A DNA stretch of 64,000 nt from Salpingoeca rosetta. Its lineage: Eukaryota; Protista; Choanoflagellata. Every line of letters starts with the position of its first letter. Within the stretch, counting starts at the first letter, position 1. Made by a program: the position numbers and the translations under genes. The notes under the pieces are model-generated. The model was not told where the DNA came from. It saw only the letters and a list, made by a program, of their open reading frames with translations, and made no database searches. The stretch covers positions 235,558-299,557 of the forward strand of contig JAWQFM010000023.1 of the NCBI GenBank assembly GCA_033442325.1, given 5' to 3'. Of the stretch, positions 31,392-45,748 are shown piece by piece.

Positions 31392-32949
31392 ATGGTTGCT
31401 TCCCTGGAGCCCCCTGGCCCTGCGCTGTGCGCAAGTGTTAGCGCAGAGGCAGACGCAGACGCGTTTCCGACCTCACGCTCCGCCAGCATGACGGTGTTTC
31501 CTGGTGAGATTGACGTCGAGGAGGAGGAGGCGGCCGTGCTGAGCGCGGACCAAACACTCATTCACCGCGAGCTGAGCGCGGGGCCCATCCTCGACCACGA
31601 CGAGCTGAAGAGCCAGTGCTCTGCAGAGCCGCCAGCCTGGTTCATGGACGTTTGGGACAACAATGGGTGGAGCTCCGCAACATCTGCCGCCAGCGAGCCC
31701 TCCAGCGATGACGAGAATGACAGTGACGACGGCCGTGTGATGGCACTTACTGCCAGCAACACCCTTCGCCTCAACATGATGTGCATCGAGGATGTCGAGG
31801 TGGACGAGATCGGCTCCCTGGGTGATGACACCCCGCAGCACGCAAATGCTGCCGACGGCACCCCTGTCTCACCTCAGCGCAGCATTGAAGAGGAGGATCA
31901 CCGCGGAGAGCAAGCAGAAGCGGAAGCGGCGGCCCCTACACGAGTGAAGAGAAAGACAAAGGTGTTGTTGGATGATGACCTGCATGGCTTTCCCGGGCGT
32001 GGCAGAAGCAATGCTTCATATCGCAGTGAACAGCTTGTGGCTGCCACTGCCATTGATGTACACGACGAGGATAATGATGGTGATGATGACGATGGTGATT
32101 ATGGTGTTTGTGTTGAGATGAGCGTTTGTGATGTGCATAGTTTGAACTGCGACGATGATGATGACGACGAAGACGAAGTGATCATCGATAGCGCGTCTTG
32201 GAACCTGGCCGAGGACCTAATTGATAGCTGTACCGACTTTGGCTGGGTGCGTCTTTGATGCCCGTTGTTCCTGCAGTTGCATGCACGAACACACAGTGCA
32301 CACATACAATGTGGTTTTCTCCCTCTCCCTTTCCTCCCATGCACACGCGCACGCACACACACACACTCTCTCTCTCTCTCACATTCACACACACACACTC
32401 TCTCTCTCTCACATTCACACATACACACATGCATCTGCTCTGCAATTTATGTCTATCCCATCTCACCCCACCCCTCTTTCCTCCAACGTGCAGACAATGG
32501 CCAAGTCGCGTGGTGCCCGCAACTACAAGAACAAGCAACGGGGCCGCAATAAGCCATACCGGTACAAGAACAAGGAGCAGTGGCGTGAGAGCGGCACCAA
32601 GCGCAGACAGGTCAAGAAGTGGCTCGCAGAGGAGCATGACAGCCGGGACGAGCACCAAGACCTCCGCACGCACATGCACGCTGCGGACTACGACCGCGTG
32701 TACGCTGGCGACACGGATGGTGTTGATGCGTACAAGCTGATCACCCACCCGTGCACGGCATGTGGTGCTCGCTTCGTTGCATCCACAGCTCTCCGTCGAG
32801 AATGCCATCGTCAGGCCGGCGGCGTTGATGGTGGTGGCAAGACCACCAAGAGCGACAACACTAGTCGTCATGGCAGTGGTGACAACAACCCTGCAAGTGC
32901 TGCTTCCCAACAACAACAACAACAACAGCAACAACAACAACAACAACAA

Positions 32950-33010
<61 letters not shown>

Positions 33011-33822
33011 GTGCCCGAGCCCGTGTGCGCCGCATTCCAACGCCCAAGACGCGTGGCATGTGTCCCGCGTGCAGTGCACACGTGCGCGTGGAAACGCGGG
33101 CGGAGAACAGGCGCCTTCGCCTGCAGGCACTTGGGGCGGAAGACGGTTACACCGACAGTAGCAACGACTTTGATCACAAGGGCAAGAACCGCAAGCAACG
33201 CAAGGATGACCAAGCATGGCCCACTGGCAAGGTGCTGGAGACAGCACGACAGGCACTGCTTGACTTGGAGGAGCAGGTGGTGGCGGCGGGTGCACCGTAC
33301 ATTCGCTGGCCCGTGCAGCGCGCACCTGTGCACGACGATGTACTGCGGGCGTTCCTGTCCACCCTGAGCCGAGTGATGAAGCGAGAGAGGATGAGGGGGC
33401 GGCGACCAATCAAGCAGAGAGGACGCACAAGAGGGAGCCGTGCACGCGCTGTGCAGGTGACGCAGACAAGTGCAAATGCCACCGCTGGCTGCACCCAGAT
33501 CCCAAACACACGGACACAGCTGCGCGTGACCTTCCATGGAACACCGACATACAACCACGACTCCATCTGTAGGCACGGCCTACTGGTTCCCGGCATGAGG
33601 GGGATCAAGGTTGCCAATGGCAGGGTGCACGGTGATGGCATCTACTCTGCAGCGAACGCAACCGTCTCGCGCTTCTACGCGCGCGGCAGCAACACCATCT
33701 TTGCCTGCGCCCTCATTGACGACTCGCAGGCACCCACGCCTGTTGTTCGCCGCTGTGGTGATATCTTCGTGTGCAGCAACCCTAACTTCATCTGCCCGCT
33801 CTGGATTGTCACTTACAAGTGA
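31392..33822 (+). CDS. PARP-type (ARTD) ADP-ribosyltransferase-domain protein with acidic N-terminus and poly-Q (probable exons ~31392-32246 and 32494-33822)
   Basis: C-terminal TFHGT...ICRHGL...HGDGIYSA...SRFYA...IFACALI...GDIFVC..ICPLWIV. A phase-0 GT (32247) to AG (32493) intron joins the acidic ORF to the catalytic ORF. The start is uncertain. Confidence 0.72.
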
Positions 33823-33843
33823 ATGGGCAGTCATGCAGAGAGC

Positions 33844-33883
<40 letters not shown>

Positions 33884-34227
33884 GGGTGTGTGTGTGTGTG
33901 TGTGTATGTGTGTGCACCTTTTGCTGTACGAGCTTGTGCTCTCGCTTCCAATAAGAATGGATTCAACCACGCATGCAGTTGTCATTTATTGCGAGAGGCA
34001 CGATGATTGGTGATACCGGCAGTAGTGGGAACGAACACACGCACACGAAACAGCGGTGCAACACGCATTGTCACTCAAACACATCCTCACGCCCAGCCAG
34101 ACATTCCCTCTGCACTACAATGTACACACAGTGACACACACACACTCTCTCTCTCTTGTCCTCCTTTGCACACGACACACACACACATACACACACGACC
34201 ACGCTGGTCCATTTCTTACTGGCACGA

Positions 34228-37800
<3,573 letters not shown>

Positions 37801-37993
37801 GTTGGTTACAGTGAACGACGGCAACAGTGGACATGTGCACTGCGCAACAAGGCTGAGTCGACCGGCAAAGAGAAAGGACGTGCGGAAGGCAAACGTCTCC
37901 GTACACCCGGCACACACACACACACACACACACACATGCACACATGCACACACATACACACACATACACACATACACACACATACAATCTGGG

Positions 37994-38124
37994 CTACAGC
38001 CTCTTCTTGAGGTCCTGGCATTTGCGCTTGAGCCGCTCGTAACGCCATCTTCGGAAGCTGCCGACGGCTTCGCGCAGCTCAAAGCCGGCCACTGCACAAT
38101 AAACAGCGACAATGCGCGCCAACA

Positions 38125-38187
<63 letters not shown>

Positions 38188-38494
38188 GAGACCCCATGTA
38201 TTTGAGAGTGAATGAGCGTGACAGAAAGAGCGAGCGCGCACATGATCATGTGTGTGTGTGTGTGTGTGGACACAGCAGCACGCAAGGTCAAACACAAACG
38301 ACGGGCGCGAAAGAGCAAAGCGATGACACGGACAAGTCCAAGAACAACCACATTATGTCAAAAGCAAGTCGGAAGGATGCAACTGCACGCACTCTGGCGA
38401 GCGTGTATGCACACAAGAGCAGACACTCTGCCTGCGCACCTGTGCCGAGCAGGAATGCGACGACAGCCACCGTGATGACCCCACGCGATTCCAT
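37994..38494 (-). CDS. Mitoregulin (MTLN)-like 50-aa single-pass microprotein, exons 38440-38494 and 37994-38091
   Basis: ATG in a CAAAATGG context and a phase-1 GT-AG intron at 38092-38439. The product is MESRGVITVAVVAFLLGTVAGFELREAVGSFRRWRYERLKRKCQDLKKRL*, a TM helix followed by a basic amphipathic helix. It aligns without gaps to human mitoregulin as recalled from memory. Confidence 0.7.
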
Positions 38495-38581
38495 TTTGTG
38501 CGTTGTTGTTGTTGTTGTTGTTTGCTGGTGCTGACGAGCGGGTAGCGGGGTGAGCAGTGTTGCTGTGTAGGCAGAGTGCAG

Positions 38582-38716
38582 CACACAGAGGGTGGAAAAA
38601 AAATGAATGCGATACTGGGGACAGGGTTGCCGTGCAGGCAGGAGGCACAGTGATGCAGAGGAGCACACACGAAGCAGCACACACAGAGCGTGGAGAAAAA
38701 AAATGAATGCGATACT
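38582..38716. repeat. Direct repeat (22 nt exact, ~35 nt imperfect, 100-nt offset) duplicating the tRNA trailer and oligo-T terminator
   Basis: GAAAAAAAATGAATGCGATACT occurs at 38595-38616 and 38695-38716, each preceded by CACACAGAG(G/C)GTGG. Confidence 0.9.
38696..38703 (-). terminator. RNA polymerase III oligo-T terminator (T8)
   Basis: T8 run 9 nt after the end of the tRNA 5' half on the minus strand. A second T8 lies at 38596-38603. Confidence 0.75.
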
Positions 38717-38798
38717 AGACCGGCGCTATAACCAACTAAGCCACGAGCCCCAATCAAAGGTGAGGGCCCGGTGAGATTCGAACTCACGGCCTCCGGTT
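38713..38798 (-). tRNA. tRNA-Thr(AGT), circularly permuted: 3' half 38798-38763, 12-nt spacer, 5' half 38750-38713
   Basis: Joining GGGCTCGTGGCTTAGTTGGTTATAGCGCCGGTCTAGTA to AACCGGAGGCCGTGAGTTCGAATCTCACCGGGCCCT gives a full cloverleaf. Acceptor stem GGGCTCG/CGGGCCC, D arm, anticodon stem CCGGT/ACCGG, loop CT-AGT-AA, T arm GTGAG-TTCGAAT-CTCAC, discriminator U. Confidence 0.88.
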
Positions 38799-38819
38799 GT
38801 CTGTATCCCTTCCCGTTAA

Positions 38820-38830
38820 CCATTCGGCCA
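38820..38830 (-). promoter_or_regulatory. Pol III A box in the leader of the permuted tRNA
   Basis: TGGCCGAATGG matches the TRGCNNARYGG consensus and starts 47 nt before the B box GTTCGAATC (38783-38775). Confidence 0.65.
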
Positions 38831-39868
38831 ATGGAAATTGTTGTAGATAGCGGAGGAATTTGGATTTTTGAATTGTGTACTGCGTATGTGTGTGTGTGTT
38901 TGTCTGTGTGTGTCTGTGTATGTCTGTGTGTGTCTGTGTATGTCTGTGTGTGTCTGTGTGTCTGTGTCTGTGTGTGTGTGTGTGTCTGTGTATGTCTGTG
39001 TGTGTCTATCTCTGCGTTGTGTCCACCTCTGCGTACTGTGTTACACATCTGTGCGCTTGTTCTCGCTGGTTGACCCTGTCTGCCTGTCTGTCATCGCGAC
39101 GCGACCCCTTTGCAACAGTTCAACGTGTCCAACAGATAGATACCCCGGCACTCCACCAGACCACATGCTCGACCGTCCCATCCCCAGTCTCGGTCTGGCT
39201 CTCTGGCAGGACAATCGAAGAATCGAGTTCGCGTGGGGAGATGACATGCGCGCGCGGGTGCAGCAGAGCAGTGTATTGAGAGCAGGGCAGCAAGGTGAAC
39301 TGCGCGACCTCACAAGAACCACCCTCAACAAGCACTTCCCACGACACAGAAAGCCCAAGCAGTTCTCGGGGCAATCACAGACGCACACATACACATACAC
39401 ACGCACACACACACACACATACACGCGCGCACAAGCACACATACACACGCACACGCGCACACAGATACACGCGCGCACAAGCACACATACACACGCACAC
39501 ACACACAAGCACACACACACACATACACGCACAAATACACATACATAGGACACACTGGAATCGACACGCGTGCGCATCACAGGCATGCACACATCCACGC
39601 AGGTGTACATGTGCACACCATCGACACACATGAACGCAAAAAGGAGCAGTGTTCTGAAAGGCACAAGCCTACCCGCATCGAGTCCCAAGTGAATGTCGCG
39701 CGTGTCCCATAGGCCGAAAAATACATCCACACTCAAACACACGCTGATACACACACATACACACGCGCACACACAGACACACACACATACACGCGCGCAA
39801 ACACACATACATGCACACATACACACATACATGCACACATACACACGCGCGCGCACATGCACACGTGC

Positions 39869-40972
39869 TCATGCACGGCGGAGACGGTTGAAGAAGTCTT
39901 GCACGTCCTCCGTCTTGCCGTGTGTACTGGCGTCCTTCTCGGCATCCCGGCGGGCCGCTTCATTGGTGCGTGCCACCAGGCGCGCGCTTCGCTGGATATC
40001 GTCGTCCACCGCCGCCCAAAACCGCTGCTTCATCAGATCGTACAGGATGCAGTCGGACCAGAACACCTTGCAGAACAGGTCGCGCGTTGCCTGCGACACA
40101 ACGACGGGAGCCTTTCCAACCTTCTTCAGGTGTGGATATATCGTATCTTTGTACGTCATGTTGAGGTTGCGCTTGAGCAGTGCCATCGACAAGTCCCACT
40201 CCTCGTTGAGCAACACAAAATCCAGGGAATTGACCAAGTCCTGTGCTTGTCCACGGAAGCCTGGTTTCTCGTCAACCTCATAGTCGCTGGCCAAGCCGAA
40301 GTCAAACGCGTACCCAATAAAGTGCAACTGCCGGGCGTAGCGCGACAGCTGGCCCCGCACGTCAGAGCGAGAGATGCGCTGTACCGCCTCCTGCAACCAG
40401 GCCTCGTTGATGCTGTTGCGGTCGAAGTGCAGCGCCTGCTGCAGCCTGCTGTTGCCGTAGTAACCCAGCGCCGAGATAAAACGCGTTATGGGATCGCGCA
40501 CGATTGTGAAGAGCTTGGGCTGGCCTGGACCCATAAGGCCCAGCAACGTCGCGCGGGACCGTGGCGTCCAGCGAATGTGGGAGATGGCCGCATGAAAGTT
40601 GAGGGGGTCGCGCCCGCACAGCGTGCGCTTGGGATCGACAAAGTCATCCGGGTAGCCCAAGTGATCGCGGCATGGCACCGCAGGCCTGAGGCCGCGGTGC
40701 TCGAGAGCATGCGCAAGCATGACAGTCACGCTCGACGACCCCGTCTTGTGCGTCTTGATGAATACAAACTCGGGAACATCGTTCGCACCAGAGTCCGCCG
40801 CCCTCGCAACATCTCGTCTTGCTGCCGCGCATGTTGCAGTCAAACTTGTGGCCAGTGTCACAGCCAGCACAAGCACCAACGAGAGCCCTGCTGCCGCCGT
40901 TGGCAGTCGGTGTGACACTCTCACCGCAGGCGAGTGCTCGTGCCCACAGTCGTCGACAACTACTACCGGCAT
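39869..40972 (-). CDS. Galactose-3-O-sulfotransferase-like Golgi sulfotransferase, intronless
   Basis: Type II anchor (LSLVLVLAVTLA), 5'-PSB FIKTHKTGSSS, 3'-PB IVRDPITRFIS, and FVLLNEEWDLSMALL. The start could be further upstream (41044). Confidence 0.85.
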   Translation of the reverse strand: MPVVVVDDCGHEHSPAVRVSHRLPTAAAGLSLVLVLAVTLATSLTATCAAARRDVARAADSGANDVPEFVFIKTHKTGSSSVTVMLAHALEHRGLRPAVPCRDHLGYPDDFVDPKRTLCGRDPLNFHAAISHIRWTPRSRATLLGLMGPGQPKLFTIVRDPITRFISALGYYGNSRLQQALHFDRNSINEAWLQEAVQRISRSDVRGQLSRYARQLHFIGYAFDFGLASDYEVDEKPGFRGQAQDLVNSLDFVLLNEEWDLSMALLKRNLNMTYKDTIYPHLKKVGKAPVVVSQATRDLFCKVFWSDCILYDLMKQRFWAAVDDDIQRSARLVARTNEAARRDAEKDASTHGKTEDVQDFFNRLRRA

Positions 40973-41166
40973 GATGGATGTTGTGTGCTGCTTAAAGAAA
41001 GAAGAAGGGAGGTAAGCTGAGGGCATGATTGCTGCTTCATGCATAACTTCAGGCGATTTTCGGTAAGACGTGTGTGTGAGTGTGAGTGTGAGTGTGTGTG
41101 AGTGGGCCCGTGTGAGTGTGTGTGTGTGCATGCGTGTGCGTGTGTGTGTGTGTTTGTGCGTGCGTG

Positions 41167-41226
<60 letters not shown>

Positions 41227-41408
41227 TGTATATGCACTTGTACGTGCGTGTGTGTGTTTGTGTGTGCGTGAGTGTTGTCATTTTGCTTTGTCTGCAAGCC
41301 TACTGCCTTGTTGTTCCACCTGGACACGCCGCCACGCTGCGTGCTCCTTGATCCTATGCGTCACACCACCACCACCACTCCCCGCACACCGCTGGCATGC
41401 CGTTGCAG

Positions 41409-41716
41409 CTGCTGTTGGACAAGACATCCGATTTCCTGCGGACACTGGAAGGGACTGATAACCCCTTCTTCATCATGGTTGGCACTCCGTCATGCCACGA
41501 CCCAACAGAGCCTGCACCAGAATATGCGCACCTCCTGCCAAACGCAACTGCCCCGCGCCCGCCAAACTACGGTCAGCGGCTGCTGTGCCTTTGTGTCTCT
41601 GTGTATGTGTGTATGTATGTGTGTGTTTGTGTGTGTGTTTGTGTATGCGTGTATGCGTGTATGCGTGTTTCTGTGCATATGTGTGTATTTGTGTGTGTGT
41701 GTGTGTTTCTGTTTTT

Positions 41717-41768
<52 letters not shown>

Positions 41769-41893
41769 CGTCCGTGTGCTCCGTTGAAACGGCTGTCTCG
41801 CTCTGCGCCCCCTGTTGCTGCTCGCAGGCAAGGCGTTTCGAGACAAGCACTGGTTTGTTGCAAAGCAAGGAGAGGTCGCAGGTTTTGGATCAG
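41409..41893 (+). CDS. Fragment (2 exons) of an N-acetylglucosamine-6-sulfatase (GNS)-like sulfatase
   Basis: LLDKTSDFL..DNPFFIMVGTPSCHDPTEPAPEYAHLLPNATAPRPPNY|GKAFRDKHWFV resembles the middle of GNS/Sulf-type sulfatases. No N-terminal CxPxR exon is visible, and the sequence runs into a gap. Confidence 0.6.
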
Positions 41894-41978
41894 GTAGACA
41901 GACATGGCACATGCAATTGCGTTTATTGCCAGACACACGCACTCACACGTGCCACACGTTCACTCACACGCACTCACT

Positions 41979-42308
41979 NNNNNNNNNNNNNNNNNNNNNN
42001 NNNNNNNNNNNNNNNNNNNNNNNNNNNNNNNNNNNNNNNNNNNNNNNNNNNNNNNNNNNNNNNNNNNNNNNNNNNNNNNNNNNNNNNNNNNNNNNNNNNN
42101 NNNNNNNNNNNNNNNNNNNNNNNNNNNNNNNNNNNNNNNNNNNNNNNNNNNNNNNNNNNNNNNNNNNNNNNNNNNNNNNNNNNNNNNNNNNNNNNNNNNN
42201 NNNNNNNNNNNNNNNNNNNNNNNNNNNNNNNNNNNNNNNNNNNNNNNNNNNNNNNNNNNNNNNNNNNNNNNNNNNNNNNNNNNNNNNNNNNNNNNNNNNN
42301 NNNNNNNN
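41979..42308. other. Assembly gap (330 N)
   Basis: Run of N. Confidence 1.
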
Positions 42309-42713
42309 GAGGTGCACGCGATAACGCGACAGTCGAGTACAGTACCGTATGTTTTCACACACCACACTTACGCACGCACGCTCCCCCCACACACTCTCTG
42401 CTTGACTCTGTCGATGCCTCTCTCGTCCCCCTCTTTCCCCTCCCTCTTCCTTTGCCTCTCTGCATCTCTGTCCCTCCGTCCCTCCCTCCCTCACACACAC
42501 ACACACTCTCTCAGTCACTCACACACACACCCACACACACACTCACACACACACTCTCTCTTTCTCTCACTCACTCACACACACACTCTCTCTTTCTCTC
42601 TCACTCTCACACACACTCACACACACACACTCTCTCACTCACTCCCTCACTCACTCTCGCCGCCTCTTGTCCGTTTCTCATCAACGGTTGCGTGTTTGTG
42701 CCGGCCTGAGCAG

Positions 42714-43234
42714 CGCCTGGGACGGCGCCGCGCGGACTCGTGCAGACGGCAGTGGTTCTTGTTCGCAATGAAGGGTTCCGCGCACTCTACCGTGGCCTCA
42801 CCGCCTCCCTGGGCAGGCAGGGCACATACTCCACCACCCGCTTTGCAGGTGTGGCATCCAAATGCGCCCGTCTGTGCGTGTACACATGTGTGCATGTGTG
42901 TGCGCTTGTATGTGTTTCTGTGTGTTCCTGTGTGTCATCCGTGTGCGTGTGTGCGTGTGTGTGTGCGTATTTCTGTGTGCATGTGTGCCTGTGCGTGCGT
43001 GTGTGTGTTTTTCTCGACAGGAGCGTGTGTTTGCGTGTGTTGCAGCGTGACTTGCACACCTGTTCTATCAACTGTCCTTCACAGCACGACACCAACCATT
43101 CAACACCCCCTTTCCCCTGATTGCCTGCTGCTCTGTCTCTGTGGTGCCTGTCTGCGTCCATACTCGTGGCTCACCGACCGCCATTCCTGTACCCTCTCTC
43201 CGCACGCGCGCACACACACACGCACACACACATA

Positions 43235-43302
<68 letters not shown>

Positions 43303-43954
43303 GTACGACTTTCTCAAGGCTGAATTCAGTGCCCGCAAGGCTGACGGGCAGCTGACGACTGCCGAGCGCTTTGCAACAGCCATGACCGCGGGCGGGTGCG
43401 GTGGCATTGTGGGCACACCCATGGACGTGTGCAACGTGCGCATGCAGGATGATGGCCGGCTGCCGGCTGCCGAGCGCCGCAACTACAAGCACGTCGGCAA
43501 CGCCCTTGTTCGCATCATCAGGGAGGAAGGCATTGGCAAGTTGTACTCTGGGCTCGGGCCCAACGTGATTCGCGCCATGCTCATGACGGCGGGGCAGCTC
43601 GCCTCATATGACACGTTCAAGCAGCAGCTGCTGACAACAACTGGCGGCCTGCTCAAGGACAACCTCGTCACCCACTTCACGGCGTCGACGCTTGCCGGTG
43701 GCGTTGCCACGCTGCTGACACAGCCGGTCGACGTGGTGAAGACGCGCGTGATGGCAGCGACCCCAGGCACATACAGCAGCGCGCTGCAGTGTGCGGGCAT
43801 GACGCTCAAGCAGGAAGGACCGCTCGCCTTCTTCAGGGGGGCGGTGCCTGCGTTTACTCGTCTGGGCCCACAAACGATCCTCACGTTTGTGTTTCTGGAG
43901 CAGTTGCGGCGATTGCACTACTACCTCACGCATGGCGAGGACAAGCCCGTCTGA
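42714..43954 (+). CDS. SLC25A10: Mitochondrial dicarboxylate carrier (SLC25A10-like), 5' exon(s) lost in gap; exons 42714-42848, 43302-43954
   Basis: EGFRALYRGLTASLGRQGTYSTTRFA, carrier signatures PMDVCNVRMQ and PVDVVKTR, ERRNYKH, and GPQTILTFVFLEQLR. Confidence 0.85.
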
Positions 43955-44812
43955 TGGAGGCAAGGGGGGTTTGATTGGCGTGGTGATGTGTGTGCATGTG
44001 TGTGTGTGTGTGCATGTGTCGTGCGCGTCGTTGCTTGTTGGTTGTGTTTGCAATGAAGAGGAGTTGCTGTTGCGCTGGGCTGTGGCCCACTGTTGTGCTG
44101 CGTCGTGCGCACGTGACGTGGCCTTGCCTTCCTTCCTGTTGGGACGCTGCTCTCTCAGGGGGACGTCACTCTCTGCCATATGCCCGTTTGCTCTGTTTGA
44201 TGTCACATCACAACATTACTTCGTGCATCTGACAGCATGATGGGAGTAAAAGTGGTCATGGATTAGTTGCGGATGACAGCAGCAACAGCGCCGAGTGTGG
44301 GGGGAAGGGAGGGCTACACATACACACACACAGAGGGACACGAAGGAGATATACACACACGCACACACACACCGAGACACTTGGTTTCTATCGATCTTGT
44401 TGGTTTCTGTCTATCAACGCTTGAGGCCCTTGGGCCGCTCACATAGCATTCAAGCATTCAGTAGCAGACATTTACTCCCTCACATCACCCAGTCACCCAC
44501 TCGTGCAAGCGCCTGTCTGAAATGAGCACACTTTCAGTTTTGATTGCTTCCCTCATCTCTGAGCACTGGGAATGGTGGAAGATTTCAACAAATTTTCCCC
44601 AATGACGAGAAGTTGCAAAAGATTCGAGGGTGATTTAATGATCCCGCCGCGAAATTCAATTTCGCTGTTGACCAGTACAACCAACACGAGCCAACCGACC
44701 AACTGCACGAAGACCACGAAGGATGGCAAGCACGAGAGGCAGCTTCGATTCGGCGTCAGGCGGGCTGTGGCGCATCGACGAAGAGGTTGTTGTCTGTGCT
44801 CTGTGCTCTGTG

Positions 44813-44865
<53 letters not shown>

Positions 44866-45748
44866 TGTGTGTGTGTGTGTGCAGAGCTGTCCTGTGTCAC
44901 TCAGTCTCTGTCTCTTTCATTATCTATCCCCGGTCTTCCCCTTCCGTCTCCCTGTCTCTCTCTCTCTCTGTCTGTTTCTGTTCCTCTTTCTGTTTCGCGC
45001 GCTCTCTCTTTCGCGCGAGCTCTCCTCCTCGCTCGCGCTCTATCTTGCTCTCTCGCTCATTCGATCATCCCTTGGAGTGATTGAGCACACATTTGTGTCT
45101 TGTGTCGTCTGTGCCCGTGTGTCGACCCTGACGTTGGTTGTTGTCGTCGATTCCCGCCTTCCTCACTTTCTTTCCACACCGTCTGTGTTACTGTGTTTCC
45201 CACTCTTTGCATCCTGTACGGAAGAACAGAGAGAGTATGTGTGTGTGTTGATGCGTGTATGTGTATGTGCATATCTCTGTGTGGTGCATCTTCACTTCAC
45301 ACACAACCTCAGTGTGGCTCACGTTCCTGTTTACCTGTGCCTTTGTGCCCGCCTTTGTCTTGGCCTAGTCCTGTTCTGACACCAAGTCGGGCAGCATGAG
45401 CTCTGCGACATTCAACGCAGTACGTACAAAGAAATGCGACCATGCTGCTGTGTTGCACGTTCACTTGGCCACAGCACACATACGCACACACACTCCCCTG
45501 CCCCTGTTTTTTGTATTTTAAATAAAAAAAAAAAAAACATTTCCTTGGTCCTTGCTTTGTGTCTGCTCTGTGCGTGTCGTTCCTTGAATTGTGTGCTGTT
45601 GCACATAAGCAGGCCTCCTCAAGGGTAAGCGGAAACAGCAGGTGTTCATGGTCTGTCGAGTACAAGCTGGATTGCATGATACACGTGTTCGTCCTGCCAG
45701 CAGAAGCAGACCAGCATCACTATCGACGCCGCCACAGTGCAGCCACCA

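Noticed and set aside
38763-38840. A conventional linear tRNA formed by the leader plus the 3' half
   Set aside because: The leader cannot pair with the acceptor 3' strand (CGGGCCC) or the anticodon 3' strand (ACCGG). Only the downstream 5' half pairs.
39100-39380. Coding-like block ([29 protein letters not shown]..)
   Set aside because: No recognisable motif, start context or consistent splice partners. It does not resemble the missing sulfatase N-terminus.
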